A DNA stretch of 64,000 nt. It comes from Candidatus Spongiisociaceae bacterium (GTDB lineage: Bacteria > Actinomycetota > Acidimicrobiia > Spongiisociales > Spongiisociaceae). The notes beneath the pieces are model-generated. The model searched no databases. It had not been told where the DNA came from and saw nothing but the letters and a program-made list of their open reading frames with translations. Positions 28,599 through 38,178 of this stretch are shown in pieces. The translations under genes and the position numbers were made by a program. The DNA lies in NCBI GenBank assembly GCA_965202665.1, contig OZ241841.1:1792001-1856000 (forward strand), written 5' to 3'. Position 1 is the stretch's first letter, and every line of letters begins with the position of its first letter.

Positions 28599-29687
28599 AT
28601 GACGTTCACCAAACGCGTACGAATTCCGGCCCTGTTGATCGCGCTGGGCCTTATCGCGGCCGCCTGCGGCGGGGAAAGCGGGTCGCAGGTGACCACTATG
28701 GCCACCGTCGCCGCCGCGGACGAGGCGACGACCAGCGAGGCCGCGGCCGGCGAGGACTCCGCGGCGGGTCAGGGGCCGGCCGGCGGTTCCGGTTCGTTTG
28801 GTTTGGAGGCGGTGGATCCGTTGGGCGTGTCGGGTGATATTGCGGTGGCGGGTTCGTCGACGGTGTTTCCGTTGGCGGAGGCCCTGGCCGCACGGTTTGA
28901 GGACGAGGGTTACAGCGGTTTGATAACTATTGATTCGATTGGCACCGGCGGGGGTTTTGAGCGTTTTTGCGTGGCCGGGGAATCCGATGTGTCCAACGCT
29001 TCGCGTCCGATTAAAGATTCGGAGGTGGAATCGTGCCGGGCGATCGGCCGGGAGCCGATTGAGTTCCGGGTGGGGACGGACGCGTTGGCGGTGGCTGTTT
29101 CACCGGGCAACGCTTTTGCGGCGGATTTGACGGTGGAAGAGTTGGGGGTGTTGTTCTCCACGGCTGAGACATGGCGGGATGTGCGGTCCGAGTTCCCGGC
29201 GAATCCGATCCAGCGGTTTATTCCGGGGACGGATTCGGGGACGTTTGATTATTTCGTAGAAGAGGTGTTCGACGAGGACGAGGGTCCGATTTTGGCGGCG
29301 TCCAACACGCAGCTGTCGGAGGACGACAATGTGCTGGTGCAGGGGATCGCCGGGGACGGGTGCAATCCGGATGACGCTTCGTCGACTTGCGCGGTCGGGT
29401 TTTTCGGTTATGCCTATTACCAGGAGAACCAGGATCGGTTGTCGGTGTTGGACGTGGAAGGGATAACCCCGACGTCGGATACGGTGAACGCCAACGAGTA
29501 TCCGCTGGCTCGTCCCATGTTTATGTATTCCACGTCCTCCATCATCGCCGAGAAGCCCCAGGTCGGGCAGTTCCTGAGCTTCGTGTTGCAGTTCGTGAAC
29601 GAGGAAATAGGCGAGGCGGGTTACTTCCCCGCCCCCGACAGCGTCCTCCAAGCCGCCGCCGGCCAACTGGCGACCGCCCTTGGATAG
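28599..29687 (+). CDS. pstS: Phosphate ABC transporter substrate-binding lipoprotein
   Basis: Lipobox IAAAC, AGSSTVFP, GTGGGF..FC, ASRPIK, DSGTFDYF, SEDDN.LV, YPLARP. Confidence 0.93.
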   Translation: MTFTKRVRIPALLIALGLIAAACGGESGSQVTTMATVAAADEATTSEAAAGEDSAAGQGPAGGSGSFGLEAVDPLGVSGDIAVAGSSTVFPLAEALAARFEDEGYSGLITIDSIGTGGGFERFCVAGESDVSNASRPIKDSEVESCRAIGREPIEFRVGTDALAVAVSPGNAFAADLTVEELGVLFSTAETWRDVRSEFPANPIQRFIPGTDSGTFDYFVEEVFDEDEGPILAASNTQLSEDDNVLVQGIAGDGCNPDDASSTCAVGFFGYAYYQENQDRLSVLDVEGITPTSDTVNANEYPLARPMFMYSTSSIIAEKPQVGQFLSFVLQFVNEEIGEAGYFPAPDSVLQAAAGQLATALG

Positions 29688-29818
29688 GACAGCGCGCAAA
29701 CCTTTTCCGGGGGTTTCCGGGTCTCCGGAACGGGACTCTTCCAACCGACCGGAGGGCGGGGCCCGGCCCCGGCTTCGCCCGCCGGTTCCCTATTATTCCG
29801 GGAGAGGGAGGTAGCCCA

Positions 29819-30790
29819 ATCACCGTCAAGACGACCAGCGAAGGCAAGCCGGCCGTCCGCAGGCTTCGCAAACGGGCCCGCCCGGGAGAGGCGGTAATCG
29901 GCGGGTTGCTGTTCATCGCCGCCGCCATCTCCATTCTCACCACGGTCGGCTTGGTGTTCGAACTGGGCCGCGAGGCCCTCCTCTTTTTCAGGTCGCAGGA
30001 GGCTTCGGTGGCCGAATTCTTCAGTTCCACCAACTGGCAACCGGCCATCCTGGACTTCGGCATCTGGCCGCTGGTGCTGGCCACCCTCACCACTTCCGGC
30101 ATCGCCATGCTGGTGGCCCTGCCCATCGGCTTGGCCGCCGCCATCTACCTGAGCGAATACGCCTCGGTCCGGGTGCGCTCGGTGGTCAAACCGATTTTGG
30201 AGGTGCTGGCGGGCATTCCCACCGTGGTCTACGGCTACTTCGCCCTCACTTTCATGACGCCGTTGCTGCGGTCGGTTCTGGGGTCGGAGGTGGTGGAAAT
30301 TTTCAACACCGCTTCGGCGGGGATCGTGGTGGGGATTCTGATCATCCCGCTGGTCAGTTCCATGTCCGAAGACGCCCTGCATGCGGTGCCCATGTCCCTG
30401 CGGGCCGGGGCCTACGCGGTGGGGGCCACCAAACTGGAAACTTCTTTGCGGGTGGTGCTGCCCGCCGCCCTGTCGGGGATCACCGCCGCCTTCGTGGTGT
30501 CCATCTCCCGGGCCATCGGGGAGACGATGGTGGTGGCCATCGCCGCCGGGGCCGGCCCTAAAAATTTCACTTTCGGGGAGGACAGCCTGTTCGGCTACAT
30601 ACTCAACCCGTTCGTGGCGGGGGAGACGATGACCGGCCACATCGTCCGCATCAGCGGCGGCGACCTCAGTTACGACTCCATTGATTACAACTCCATTTTC
30701 GCCATCGGTTTGGCCCTGTTCGCAATCACGCTGTTGCTGAACGTGATCAGCCGCCGGTTCGTGGCCCGCTTCCGGGAGGTCTACGAATGA
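29819..30790 (+). CDS. pstC: Phosphate ABC transporter permease PstC, probable ATC start
   Basis: [22 protein letters not shown]; the in-frame ATC lies 7 nt after GGAGG. Confidence 0.9.
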   Translation: MTVKTTSEGKPAVRRLRKRARPGEAVIGGLLFIAAAISILTTVGLVFELGREALLFFRSQEASVAEFFSSTNWQPAILDFGIWPLVLATLTTSGIAMLVALPIGLAAAIYLSEYASVRVRSVVKPILEVLAGIPTVVYGYFALTFMTPLLRSVLGSEVVEIFNTASAGIVVGILIIPLVSSMSEDALHAVPMSLRAGAYAVGATKLETSLRVVLPAALSGITAAFVVSISRAIGETMVVAIAAGAGPKNFTFGEDSLFGYILNPFVAGETMTGHIVRISGGDLSYDSIDYNSIFAIGLALFAITLLLNVISRRFVARFREVYE

Positions 30791-32163
30791 GCCGCCCGGC
30801 GGGTTTGCGGGACGGGCGGGAATCCCGCCAGCCGCGTTTGACGGAGGTTCCCGCCCAGTTGCGCCGCCGCCGCGGCTGGGGGAAGGCGGTGCGCATCAGC
30901 CTGTTGGCCGCCCTGATGACGGCGGTGGCGGCTCTGGTCACCCTGTTGCTGACCGTGCTCAACTCCTCCTTCGGTTTGATCGCGGTGGAAAACGAGAACT
31001 CCCCCCGGGAGTTGGTCGCCTCCGTGGGGCGCCCGGCGGACGCGGAAATGTCCGACTTGGGCAAACAGGAGCTGGTCTCCTTGCTCACCGCCGAAATATC
31101 CCTCAACCTGGGGCGGCGCTTGGAACGGGAACAGAAATTCTTCGACGACCGGTTGGTATTCGAAGACCCGGCCGTCCTCAACGAACTGTGCGCCTCCGGC
31201 CAACCCCCGCCCGCCTGTTCGCTCCCCGCCCGAAGCCGGGGGGACGTGCTGGACTTGGTGGTGGAGCGGGTGGTGCAACCCACCGTGGTCGGGACCTGGT
31301 CGTTCTACGATTCGGTTTTCAATCGGGACGAGGCGGAGGCGGAGGCGGCCGCCAAGTTTCCCAACGCCCAATTGGAGTTCCGTTCCTGGGTTTCCTGGGA
31401 TTTCATCATCAGCCCGCAGGATCCGGAACCGGCCATCGCCGGCATCCGCACCGCCCTGCTGGGGTCGCTGTGGGTGGTGATGATCACCCTGCTGTTTTCT
31501 TTTCCGGTGGGGGTGGGGGCCGCCATATATTTGGAGGAGTACGCCCGGAAGAACCGCTTCAACTCAATGATTCAAACCAACATCAACAACTTGGCCGGGG
31601 TTCCGTCCATTATCTACGGGATGCTGGGCCTGGCCATTTTCGTACGCACCCTGGAGGTGATCACCAGCGGCTCCTTCCTGGGCGGGGGCAGCGACGCCAC
31701 ATCCAACGGGCGCACCATTTTGGCGGCCGGCCTGACGTTGGGACTGCTGATTTTGCCCATCATCATCATCAACTCGCAGGAGGCCATCCGGGCCGTTCCC
31801 CGGTCGTTGCGCCAAGCCGGGTTGGCCTTGGGCTCCACCCGCTGGCAGACCGTCCGCTCCCATGTGCTGCCCAACGCCCTGCCCGGCATTTTCACCGGCA
31901 CCATTTTGGCTTTGGCCCGGGCGTTGGGGGAAACCGCCCCGCTGGTGGTGGTGGGGGCCTCCACTTTCATCACCACCGACCCGTCCGGTCCTTTCTCCAA
32001 ATTCACCGTGCTGCCCATACAAATCTTTCAGTGGACCAGCCGACCGCAAGACGAGTTTCGCAACATCGCGGCGGCGGCGATTGTAGTGTTGTTGGTATTG
32101 TTGCTTACCCTGAACGCCGCGGCGGTGATACTTCGCAACCGCTACTCAAGGAGGGCCGGGTAA
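30787..32163 (+). CDS. pstA: Phosphate ABC transporter permease PstA
   Basis: [30 protein letters not shown]; large N-terminal extracytoplasmic insert. Confidence 0.93.
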   Translation: MSRPAGLRDGRESRQPRLTEVPAQLRRRRGWGKAVRISLLAALMTAVAALVTLLLTVLNSSFGLIAVENENSPRELVASVGRPADAEMSDLGKQELVSLLTAEISLNLGRRLEREQKFFDDRLVFEDPAVLNELCASGQPPPACSLPARSRGDVLDLVVERVVQPTVVGTWSFYDSVFNRDEAEAEAAAKFPNAQLEFRSWVSWDFIISPQDPEPAIAGIRTALLGSLWVVMITLLFSFPVGVGAAIYLEEYARKNRFNSMIQTNINNLAGVPSIIYGMLGLAIFVRTLEVITSGSFLGGGSDATSNGRTILAAGLTLGLLILPIIIINSQEAIRAVPRSLRQAGLALGSTRWQTVRSHVLPNALPGIFTGTILALARALGETAPLVVVGASTFITTDPSGPFSKFTVLPIQIFQWTSRPQDEFRNIAAAAIVVLLVLLLTLNAAAVILRNRYSRRAG

Positions 32164-33021
32164 ATGGAGCCCGCGACTTTGACATCGGAAACCGAGGTTG
32201 ACGTGACCGTTGCCGAAACCGTCGTCGCCGGGCCGGAGGCTCCGTCCGCCGGGGAGCGGGTGTTCGCCATGGAAACCAACGGGCTGGCCGTTTTCTACGA
32301 CCAGTTCCGGGCGGTGCGGGATGTTTCCCTGTCTTTCATAGACCGCAACATCACCGCCCTCATCGGGCCGTCGGGGTGCGGCAAAAGCACCGTGCTCCGC
32401 TCCCTGAACCGGATGAACGACCTGATTCCCGGCACCCGGGTGGCGGGGGAGGTGATGTTCCACGGCGAGAACATTTACGGGGAGGGGGTGGATCCGGTGG
32501 AGGTGCGCCGCCGGGTGGGGATGGTGTTTCAAAAACCCAATCCGTTTCCGAAGAGCATCTACCAGAACGTGGCCTGGGGGGCCAAGATCAACGGAATGAA
32601 GCACGACTTGGACGAATTGGTGGAAGGTTCCCTGCGGGCGGCCGCCCTGTGGGACGAAGTGAAGGACAAACTGGACCAAAGCGGCTATTCCCTGTCCGGC
32701 GGCCAACAACAGCGCCTGTGCATCGCCCGGGCCATCGCCGTCAAACCGGAAATCATTCTGATGGACGAGCCCACTTCCGCCTTGGACCCGGTGGCCACCC
32801 TCCGCATCGAAGAGTTGATACAGGAGCTGAAAGTCAACTACACCATCATCATCGTCACCCACAATATGCAACAGGCGGCGCGGGTCGCCGACCATACCGT
32901 GTTCTTCAATATGGACGAGGAGCGGGCCGGATACGTGGTGGAGTCGGGGGTGACCGGAATTATGTTCACCAACCCGTCCAAGAAGGAAACCGAGGATTAC
33001 ATAACGGGGCGGTTCGGATGA
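32164..33021 (+). CDS. pstB: Phosphate ABC transporter ATP-binding protein
   Basis: [56 protein letters not shown]. Confidence 0.96.
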   Translation: MEPATLTSETEVDVTVAETVVAGPEAPSAGERVFAMETNGLAVFYDQFRAVRDVSLSFIDRNITALIGPSGCGKSTVLRSLNRMNDLIPGTRVAGEVMFHGENIYGEGVDPVEVRRRVGMVFQKPNPFPKSIYQNVAWGAKINGMKHDLDELVEGSLRAAALWDEVKDKLDQSGYSLSGGQQQRLCIARAIAVKPEIILMDEPTSALDPVATLRIEELIQELKVNYTIIIVTHNMQQAARVADHTVFFNMDEERAGYVVESGVTGIMFTNPSKKETEDYITGRFG

Positions 33022-33704
33022 CCGAAACCCGCAGTCATTTTCACGCCGCCATGAACGAATTGGAGGTGCTCCTGCTGGACATGGGGGAGGCCGCCTCCCG
33101 GCAGATCGCCGACTCCATGACCGCTCTCACCACCGACGACGCCCACCTGGCCGGGCAGGTGGTGGAAGGGGATAAGAACATCGACCATCTCTATCTGGAA
33201 GTGGAACGGCGCTGGCACGAAGTGATGGCCTTGCAAACCCCGGTGGCCTCCGACCTGCGCCTGATGTCCCTGATTCTGAACAGCAGCCACAGCTTGGAGC
33301 GGGTGGGCGACCAGGCGGCCAACATCGCCCGCATCGTGGAAACCACCGCCCGCCTGCCCCACCAGCGGACCATCATCCTCCATCTGCAGGAGATGAGCAA
33401 CATCGTGGTGCCCATGCTGGGGGCGGCCATGGAGTCGCTGGTGAAACGGGATTTGAACATTGCCCTGCGGCTGCCGGAAATGGACGACCCGGTGGATCGC
33501 ATCAACCGCAACATGTGGAGGGAGGTGTCCGCCTGCCGCCCCGACCCGGAACTGCTGGAGTGGGCCATTCACATGATGCTGGTGTCGCGGGCTTTGGAGC
33601 GGGTGGGGGATCGGGCGGTGGACATCGGCGAGCAGGTGGCTTTCCTGTTGACGGGCGAATTCCGCGAGTTCCCCGAAGCGTGGGCCCTGCCGGTGCGGTC
33701 CTAG
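33018..33704 (+). CDS. phoU: Phosphate signalling regulator PhoU
   Basis: Q.PVASDLR and two LERVGD.A repeats; ATGA overlap with pstB. Confidence 0.93.
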   Translation: MTETRSHFHAAMNELEVLLLDMGEAASRQIADSMTALTTDDAHLAGQVVEGDKNIDHLYLEVERRWHEVMALQTPVASDLRLMSLILNSSHSLERVGDQAANIARIVETTARLPHQRTIILHLQEMSNIVVPMLGAAMESLVKRDLNIALRLPEMDDPVDRINRNMWREVSACRPDPELLEWAIHMMLVSRALERVGDRAVDIGEQVAFLLTGEFREFPEAWALPVRS

Positions 33705-33716
33705 GTCGCGGCGGTT

Positions 33717-34406
33717 ATGACCTCCATCCTGGTAGTCGAAGACGAGGAAACCTTGGCCGAGTCGTTGCGCTACACCCTGACCCGGGAAGGATACGAGGTG
33801 GCGGTGGCGGCCGACGGACGTTCCGCCCTGGAGCGGCTGGCCCCCGTCCCGCCCGACCTGGTGGTGCTGGATTTGATGTTGCCCGGCCTGGGCGGGTTGG
33901 ACGTGTTGCGCCACATCCGCTCTTCGTTGGCCATCCCGGTGGTGGTGGTGACCGCCAAAGACGCCGAAGCGGACGTGGTGGCCGGGCTGGAACTGGGGGC
34001 CGACCATTATATGACCAAGCCTTTTTCCATGCGCGAACTGGTGTCGCGCATTTCGGCCATCCTGCGCCGGGCCCCCGCCTCCGCCAAACGCGACCGCTCC
34101 CGGGTGTTGAACGGCGGTCCGGTCGTCCTGGACATCGACCGGCACGAGGTGGCCGTCAACGGGGAACCGGTGGAGATGCGTCCCAAAGAGTTTGAGCTGT
34201 TGGAGGCGTTGCTGGCCCGCAAAGGGAGGCTGGTAGAGCGGGATACGCTGTTGGAGGAAGTGTGGGAGTCGCCGTTTTTCGGAGACGGCAAAACTTTGGA
34301 TGTGCATATCGGCCGGTTGCGGGAAAAAGTGGAGGAAGATCCCCGTTCCCCGCAGTGGATAGTGACCGTCCGGGGGATGGGTTACAAGTTCTCCGACCGC
34401 GGGTAG
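33717..34406 (+). CDS. regX3: OmpR-family response regulator (RegX3/PhoP-like)
   Basis: ILVVEDE, LDLMLPG, GLELGAD.Y.TKPF, GD.KTLDVHI.RLR.K.E.DP, TVRG.GYK. Confidence 0.85.
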   Translation: MTSILVVEDEETLAESLRYTLTREGYEVAVAADGRSALERLAPVPPDLVVLDLMLPGLGGLDVLRHIRSSLAIPVVVVTAKDAEADVVAGLELGADHYMTKPFSMRELVSRISAILRRAPASAKRDRSRVLNGGPVVLDIDRHEVAVNGEPVEMRPKEFELLEALLARKGRLVERDTLLEEVWESPFFGDGKTLDVHIGRLREKVEEDPRSPQWIVTVRGMGYKFSDRG

Positions 34407-35576
34407 ATGGCGGACCGGGTTCTGCCCGCGTTTTCCGGTGCGGCGGTGGCCGCCGCCCTGGTTTTCCCGGCGCCTTGGCGGTGGCTCGCCGGGTTGGCCG
34501 CTTTGGCCGGGTTGTCCCTTTTTTACCGCCGGGTGCGCCGGGGACGGAAGGAGGCGGCGGCTGCGGCGGAGGAGTTGCGGGCCGAAGCGGGGGGGCTGGC
34601 GGAGCGGGGGAGCCTGCAGGCGGCTCTGTTGGAAGTGTTGCCGGTGGGGGTGATGGCGCAACGGGACGGACGTACGGTGTTCGCCAACCGGATGGCGGCG
34701 GAGGTGCTGGGGGGGAGGGTGATGGAGGAGGGGGCCCCGTTGCCCCGCGAAGTGCGGGAGGCGCTGGCGGCGGCGGCCGCCGGTGAGTTCGCCGCCCGGG
34801 AATTCGAACGGCATCCGGGGCGGGTGATTCAGGTTACGGCCCATCCTTCCGAATCGGACGATTTGCAAGTGGCCGCGGTGGAGGACGTAACCGAACGGCG
34901 CCGGGCGGAAACCATGAACCGGGATTTCGTCACCGCCGCCTCCCACGAGTTGAAAACCCCGGCGGCGGCCATCCGGGCGGCGGCGGAGACGGTTTTGATG
35001 GCTTTGGAGGACGACCCGGAGGCGGTGCGGGATTTCACCGGGCGCATCCTGGACAACTCGGTCCGTTTGTCCCGGATTATGGCCCACCTGCTGGACCTGT
35101 CGCGGTTGGAGTCGGGGGGGTTTCAGCCGGAGCCGTTCGATTTGTCCGACCTGTGCCGGGAGGAGGCCCTCCGGTTCGCTTCTTCGCAACCCCCGATCCT
35201 GTTGGAGGCGGAGCCGGCGCCGATGATGGGCAGCGAGGCCGATGTGGCTTTGGCGGTGCGCAACTTGTTGGACAACGCCCTGCGCCACACGCCGGAGGAC
35301 GGCCGGGTGCGGTTGACGGCCCTGTCCGCCAACGGGGAGGCCGCGGTGGAGGTATCCGACACCGGGTCGGGCATTCCGGCCGCTGATTTGCCGCGGGTGT
35401 TCGAACGTTTCTACCGGGTCGACGAGGCCCGTTCGCGGGCGATGGGGGGAACCGGCCTGGGGTTGGCCATAGTAAAACACGTGGCCGACATGCACGGCGG
35501 CCGGGTAGAGGCGGAAAGCGCCCTCGGAGAAGGCTCCACGTTCCGCATGCGCCTCCCCACAGCCCCCCGCCCCTGA
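34407..35576 (+). CDS. senX3: Sensor histidine kinase (SenX3/PhoR-like)
   Basis: ASHELKTP, NLLDNA, D.G.GI, FERFYRVD.AR, GTGLGLAIVKH. Confidence 0.85.
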   Translation: MADRVLPAFSGAAVAAALVFPAPWRWLAGLAALAGLSLFYRRVRRGRKEAAAAAEELRAEAGGLAERGSLQAALLEVLPVGVMAQRDGRTVFANRMAAEVLGGRVMEEGAPLPREVREALAAAAAGEFAAREFERHPGRVIQVTAHPSESDDLQVAAVEDVTERRRAETMNRDFVTAASHELKTPAAAIRAAAETVLMALEDDPEAVRDFTGRILDNSVRLSRIMAHLLDLSRLESGGFQPEPFDLSDLCREEALRFASSQPPILLEAEPAPMMGSEADVALAVRNLLDNALRHTPEDGRVRLTALSANGEAAVEVSDTGSGIPAADLPRVFERFYRVDEARSRAMGGTGLGLAIVKHVADMHGGRVEAESALGEGSTFRMRLPTAPRP

Positions 35577-35607
35577 ATTCCGCCGCCGGTCGGATACTCC
35601 GGTTTAG

Positions 35608-36342
35608 TCAGTTTCGCGTCGACTCTAGTTGGTCCCGTAACTGGTAATAAACAGGCAATGTACTACGATCTTTGGGACGGTTCGCCGCCTCTTTGCTGTC
35701 AATAATAGCTTGGAGATGGGCTATTCTGATATTCAGACCTCCTATAACCCATATCTCGGATCGGGGCAAAATATCTTCATAATTGCCTATGCCGGTTGCT
35801 GAAAACAAAATGTTACAGGGGCCGTATTCAGTCATGAGATTGACAACTTCGCGCAATCGGAAGAGTTCCGGATCGTTCCATTCAATATTTACGCCATAAG
35901 GAGGTTCGGAGATGCGGAGTTGGACTTTTTCGGCCTGCAGAAAGTTCATCAACCGTTGGATGGTTTCATCGTTCTGGGGGACGACTATGTCTACATCGTT
36001 GGTTCCACCGCTGTAACCGTGCGTAATGCCCGCTAAGCCGCCCACCAAAATAAAGTCCAAGCGGTGGGCCGTCAGCCGAGATAAGATTTTATCAGGGCTG
36101 AATGGGATCACGGCGGAGGGTCCTTTTCTTATCGCGTTACCGAACAGGTTGGCTATGTTGGCCGCCGACTGAATCCGGTCTTCCGGAGACAACTTCTGAA
36201 ATATTCCGAGCAGGCTTCGCGTATCCTCCTCCTCGGTGAGATCCGGATACTTCAAATACCACGGTTGCGGTGTTTCCCCCGAACCAGTTTCGGCCCCAGA
36301 TTCAACATCTTGAGAAAGGCGGGGCTCTTGTCCAGATTCCAT
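35608..36342 (-). CDS. Nucleotidyltransferase (DUF6036/AbiEii-like) with N-terminal extension
   Basis: FILVGGLA...HG....T.DVDI and I..K.AANRPKD motifs; AT-rich; start at ATG 36342 (GGAGG) or GTG 36372. Confidence 0.75.
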   Translation of the reverse strand: MESGQEPRLSQDVESGAETGSGETPQPWYLKYPDLTEEEDTRSLLGIFQKLSPEDRIQSAANIANLFGNAIRKGPSAVIPFSPDKILSRLTAHRLDFILVGGLAGITHGYSGGTNDVDIVVPQNDETIQRLMNFLQAEKVQLRISEPPYGVNIEWNDPELFRLREVVNLMTEYGPCNILFSATGIGNYEDILPRSEIWVIGGLNIRIAHLQAIIDSKEAANRPKDRSTLPVYYQLRDQLESTRN

Positions 36343-36355
36343 ACCGCCCTCCGCT

Positions 36356-36667
36356 TTACTCGGAGAATTCACGCGTCTCGACTGCCAAAGGGTTGCTCCG
36401 AGCCTGTCTGAACAGATTTTCTAAGCCAGGATTGTGCTCGGGTGGGGAGTCCAAGTAACGTTGCAAAGATTCGAAGTCCTCGGGCGGTATTTTGAAAACG
36501 CAACGGAACCCCTCGTCAATGTCGTAGCCGGGTTCCTCATTCAGCGAGGGGTCGTAGTCGGGTTCCTCGCCAAGGTAGGCGTCGACCGCTCGGGCGGGCT
36601 CGGCGTCCGCCATCGGCGACTCCGTTTTCGTTGGCGTGCGGCGGGGGGCGTTCCTTGGGGGTTCCAT
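36356..36667 (-). CDS. Small protein with a DUF1778/TacA-like C-terminal motif
   Basis: IPPEDFESLQRYLDSPPEHNPGLENL resembles the TacA toxin-binding tail; no RHH N-terminus seen. Confidence 0.5.
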   Translation of the reverse strand: MEPPRNAPRRTPTKTESPMADAEPARAVDAYLGEEPDYDPSLNEEPGYDIDEGFRCVFKIPPEDFESLQRYLDSPPEHNPGLENLFRQARSNPLAVETREFSE

Positions 36668-36676
36668 ATGATATTT

Positions 36677-38077
36677 TCAAGCGTCGCTCGCCGCGGGCGG
36701 GGCGGCGGCTTGTACCGCTTTGGCTACATGCTCCGCCACATCCGGGTTGAATACCGAGGGAATTATGTAGGAGGGGTTGAGCTGGTCGTCCCTCACTACG
36801 GAGGCGATGGCCCGGGCGGCGGCCACGTTCATCTCCCCGGTCACCTGCGACGCCCGGGCGTCCAACACTCCCCGGAACACGCCGGGGAAGGCCAGCACGT
36901 TGTTGATCTGGTTGGGCAGGTCGGACCGTCCGGTGGCCACCACCGCCGCGTAGTCGCGGGCCTCCGCCGGGTCGAACTCGGGGTCGGGGTTGGCTAAACC
37001 GAACACGATCGGGTCGGAGGCCATCCGTTTCATCTCCCGGGTCGGGAAAAGGTCGGCGGCGCTCACCCCGATGAACACGTCGGCCCCGTTCAGGGCTTCC
37101 AGGATTCCCCCGGTGAGCCGTTGCGGGTTGGTGTGATCCCTCAACCAGATTTTGGAGGAATGGGAGGCTTCCCGGTGCGGCCCGATGATGCCCCCCCGGT
37201 CGCACACCGTGATGTCGGCCACCCCGGCGGTGAGCAGCAGTTTGGCCACCGCCACCCCGGCCGCCCCCGCCCCGCTGATGGCCACCCTCAGGTCGGCCAT
37301 GCGTTTGCCGACCACTTTCAGGGCGTTGGTGAGGGCGGCCAGCGTCACGATGGAGGTGCCGTGCTGGTCGTCGTGAAAAACGGGGATGTCCAGGGAGGCG
37401 CGCAGCCGTTCTTCAATGTCGAAGCAGCGGGGGGCGGAGATGTCCTCCAGGTTGACGGCCCCGAAGCCGGGGGCCATCATTTCCACCGCCCGCACGATTT
37501 CGTCGGTGTCGGAGGAGTCCAGGCAGATGGGCCATCCGTCCACTCCGGCGAACCTTTTCAGCAGGGCCGCTTTGCCTTCCATCACCGGCAAGGCCGCCAC
37601 CGGGCCGATGTCGCCCAGCCCCAGCACGGCGCTGCCGTCGGTGACGATGGCCACCGTGTTGCCTTTGACGGTCAGGTTGCGGGCCGCTTCCGGGCGGCGG
37701 GCCAATTCCATGCTGACCCGGGCCACGCCCGGGGTGTAGGCCATCGACAGCTGGGCGCGGGTTCGCAACGGCACTTTCAATCTCACTTCCAGTTTGCCTC
37801 CCAAGTGGAGCAGAAAGGTGCGGTCGGACACGTTGCGCACCGTCACGCCCGCCAAGGCGTTCACCGCCTCCGACAGTTCGGCGGTGTGGTCGCTGTCCCG
37901 GGCGTTGGCGGTCAGGTCCACCACCAAGCGGGCCGCCTCCGATTCGACGATGTCCAAGGCGGTGACCGTTCCCCCCGCCTCGCCGATGGCGGTGGCGATG
38001 CGCCCGATGGCCCGCTGGTCGTCGGGCGCGATGTAGAGGCGCATGGTTACCGAATATCCGGCGCTGGTGATGGCCAT
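36677..38077 (-). CDS. NAD(P)-dependent malic enzyme with N-terminal ACT domain
   Basis: AYTPGVA, DGSAVLGLGDIGP.AALPVMEGKA, LEDISAPRCF, PVFHDDQHGT, TGRSD.PNQINNVLAFPG. Confidence 0.93.
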   Translation of the reverse strand: MAITSAGYSVTMRLYIAPDDQRAIGRIATAIGEAGGTVTALDIVESEAARLVVDLTANARDSDHTAELSEAVNALAGVTVRNVSDRTFLLHLGGKLEVRLKVPLRTRAQLSMAYTPGVARVSMELARRPEAARNLTVKGNTVAIVTDGSAVLGLGDIGPVAALPVMEGKAALLKRFAGVDGWPICLDSSDTDEIVRAVEMMAPGFGAVNLEDISAPRCFDIEERLRASLDIPVFHDDQHGTSIVTLAALTNALKVVGKRMADLRVAISGAGAAGVAVAKLLLTAGVADITVCDRGGIIGPHREASHSSKIWLRDHTNPQRLTGGILEALNGADVFIGVSAADLFPTREMKRMASDPIVFGLANPDPEFDPAEARDYAAVVATGRSDLPNQINNVLAFPGVFRGVLDARASQVTGEMNVAAARAIASVVRDDQLNPSYIIPSVFNPDVAEHVAKAVQAAAPPAASDA

Positions 38078-38178
38078 GGTGAAACTCCGTGAGAATGGGG
38101 GACGGGTTCTTTATAGACTACCCAATCCTCCTTTTGGTGACACAGGCGGTCGAGGGGCGGCGGTGATACCCTGGGTTT

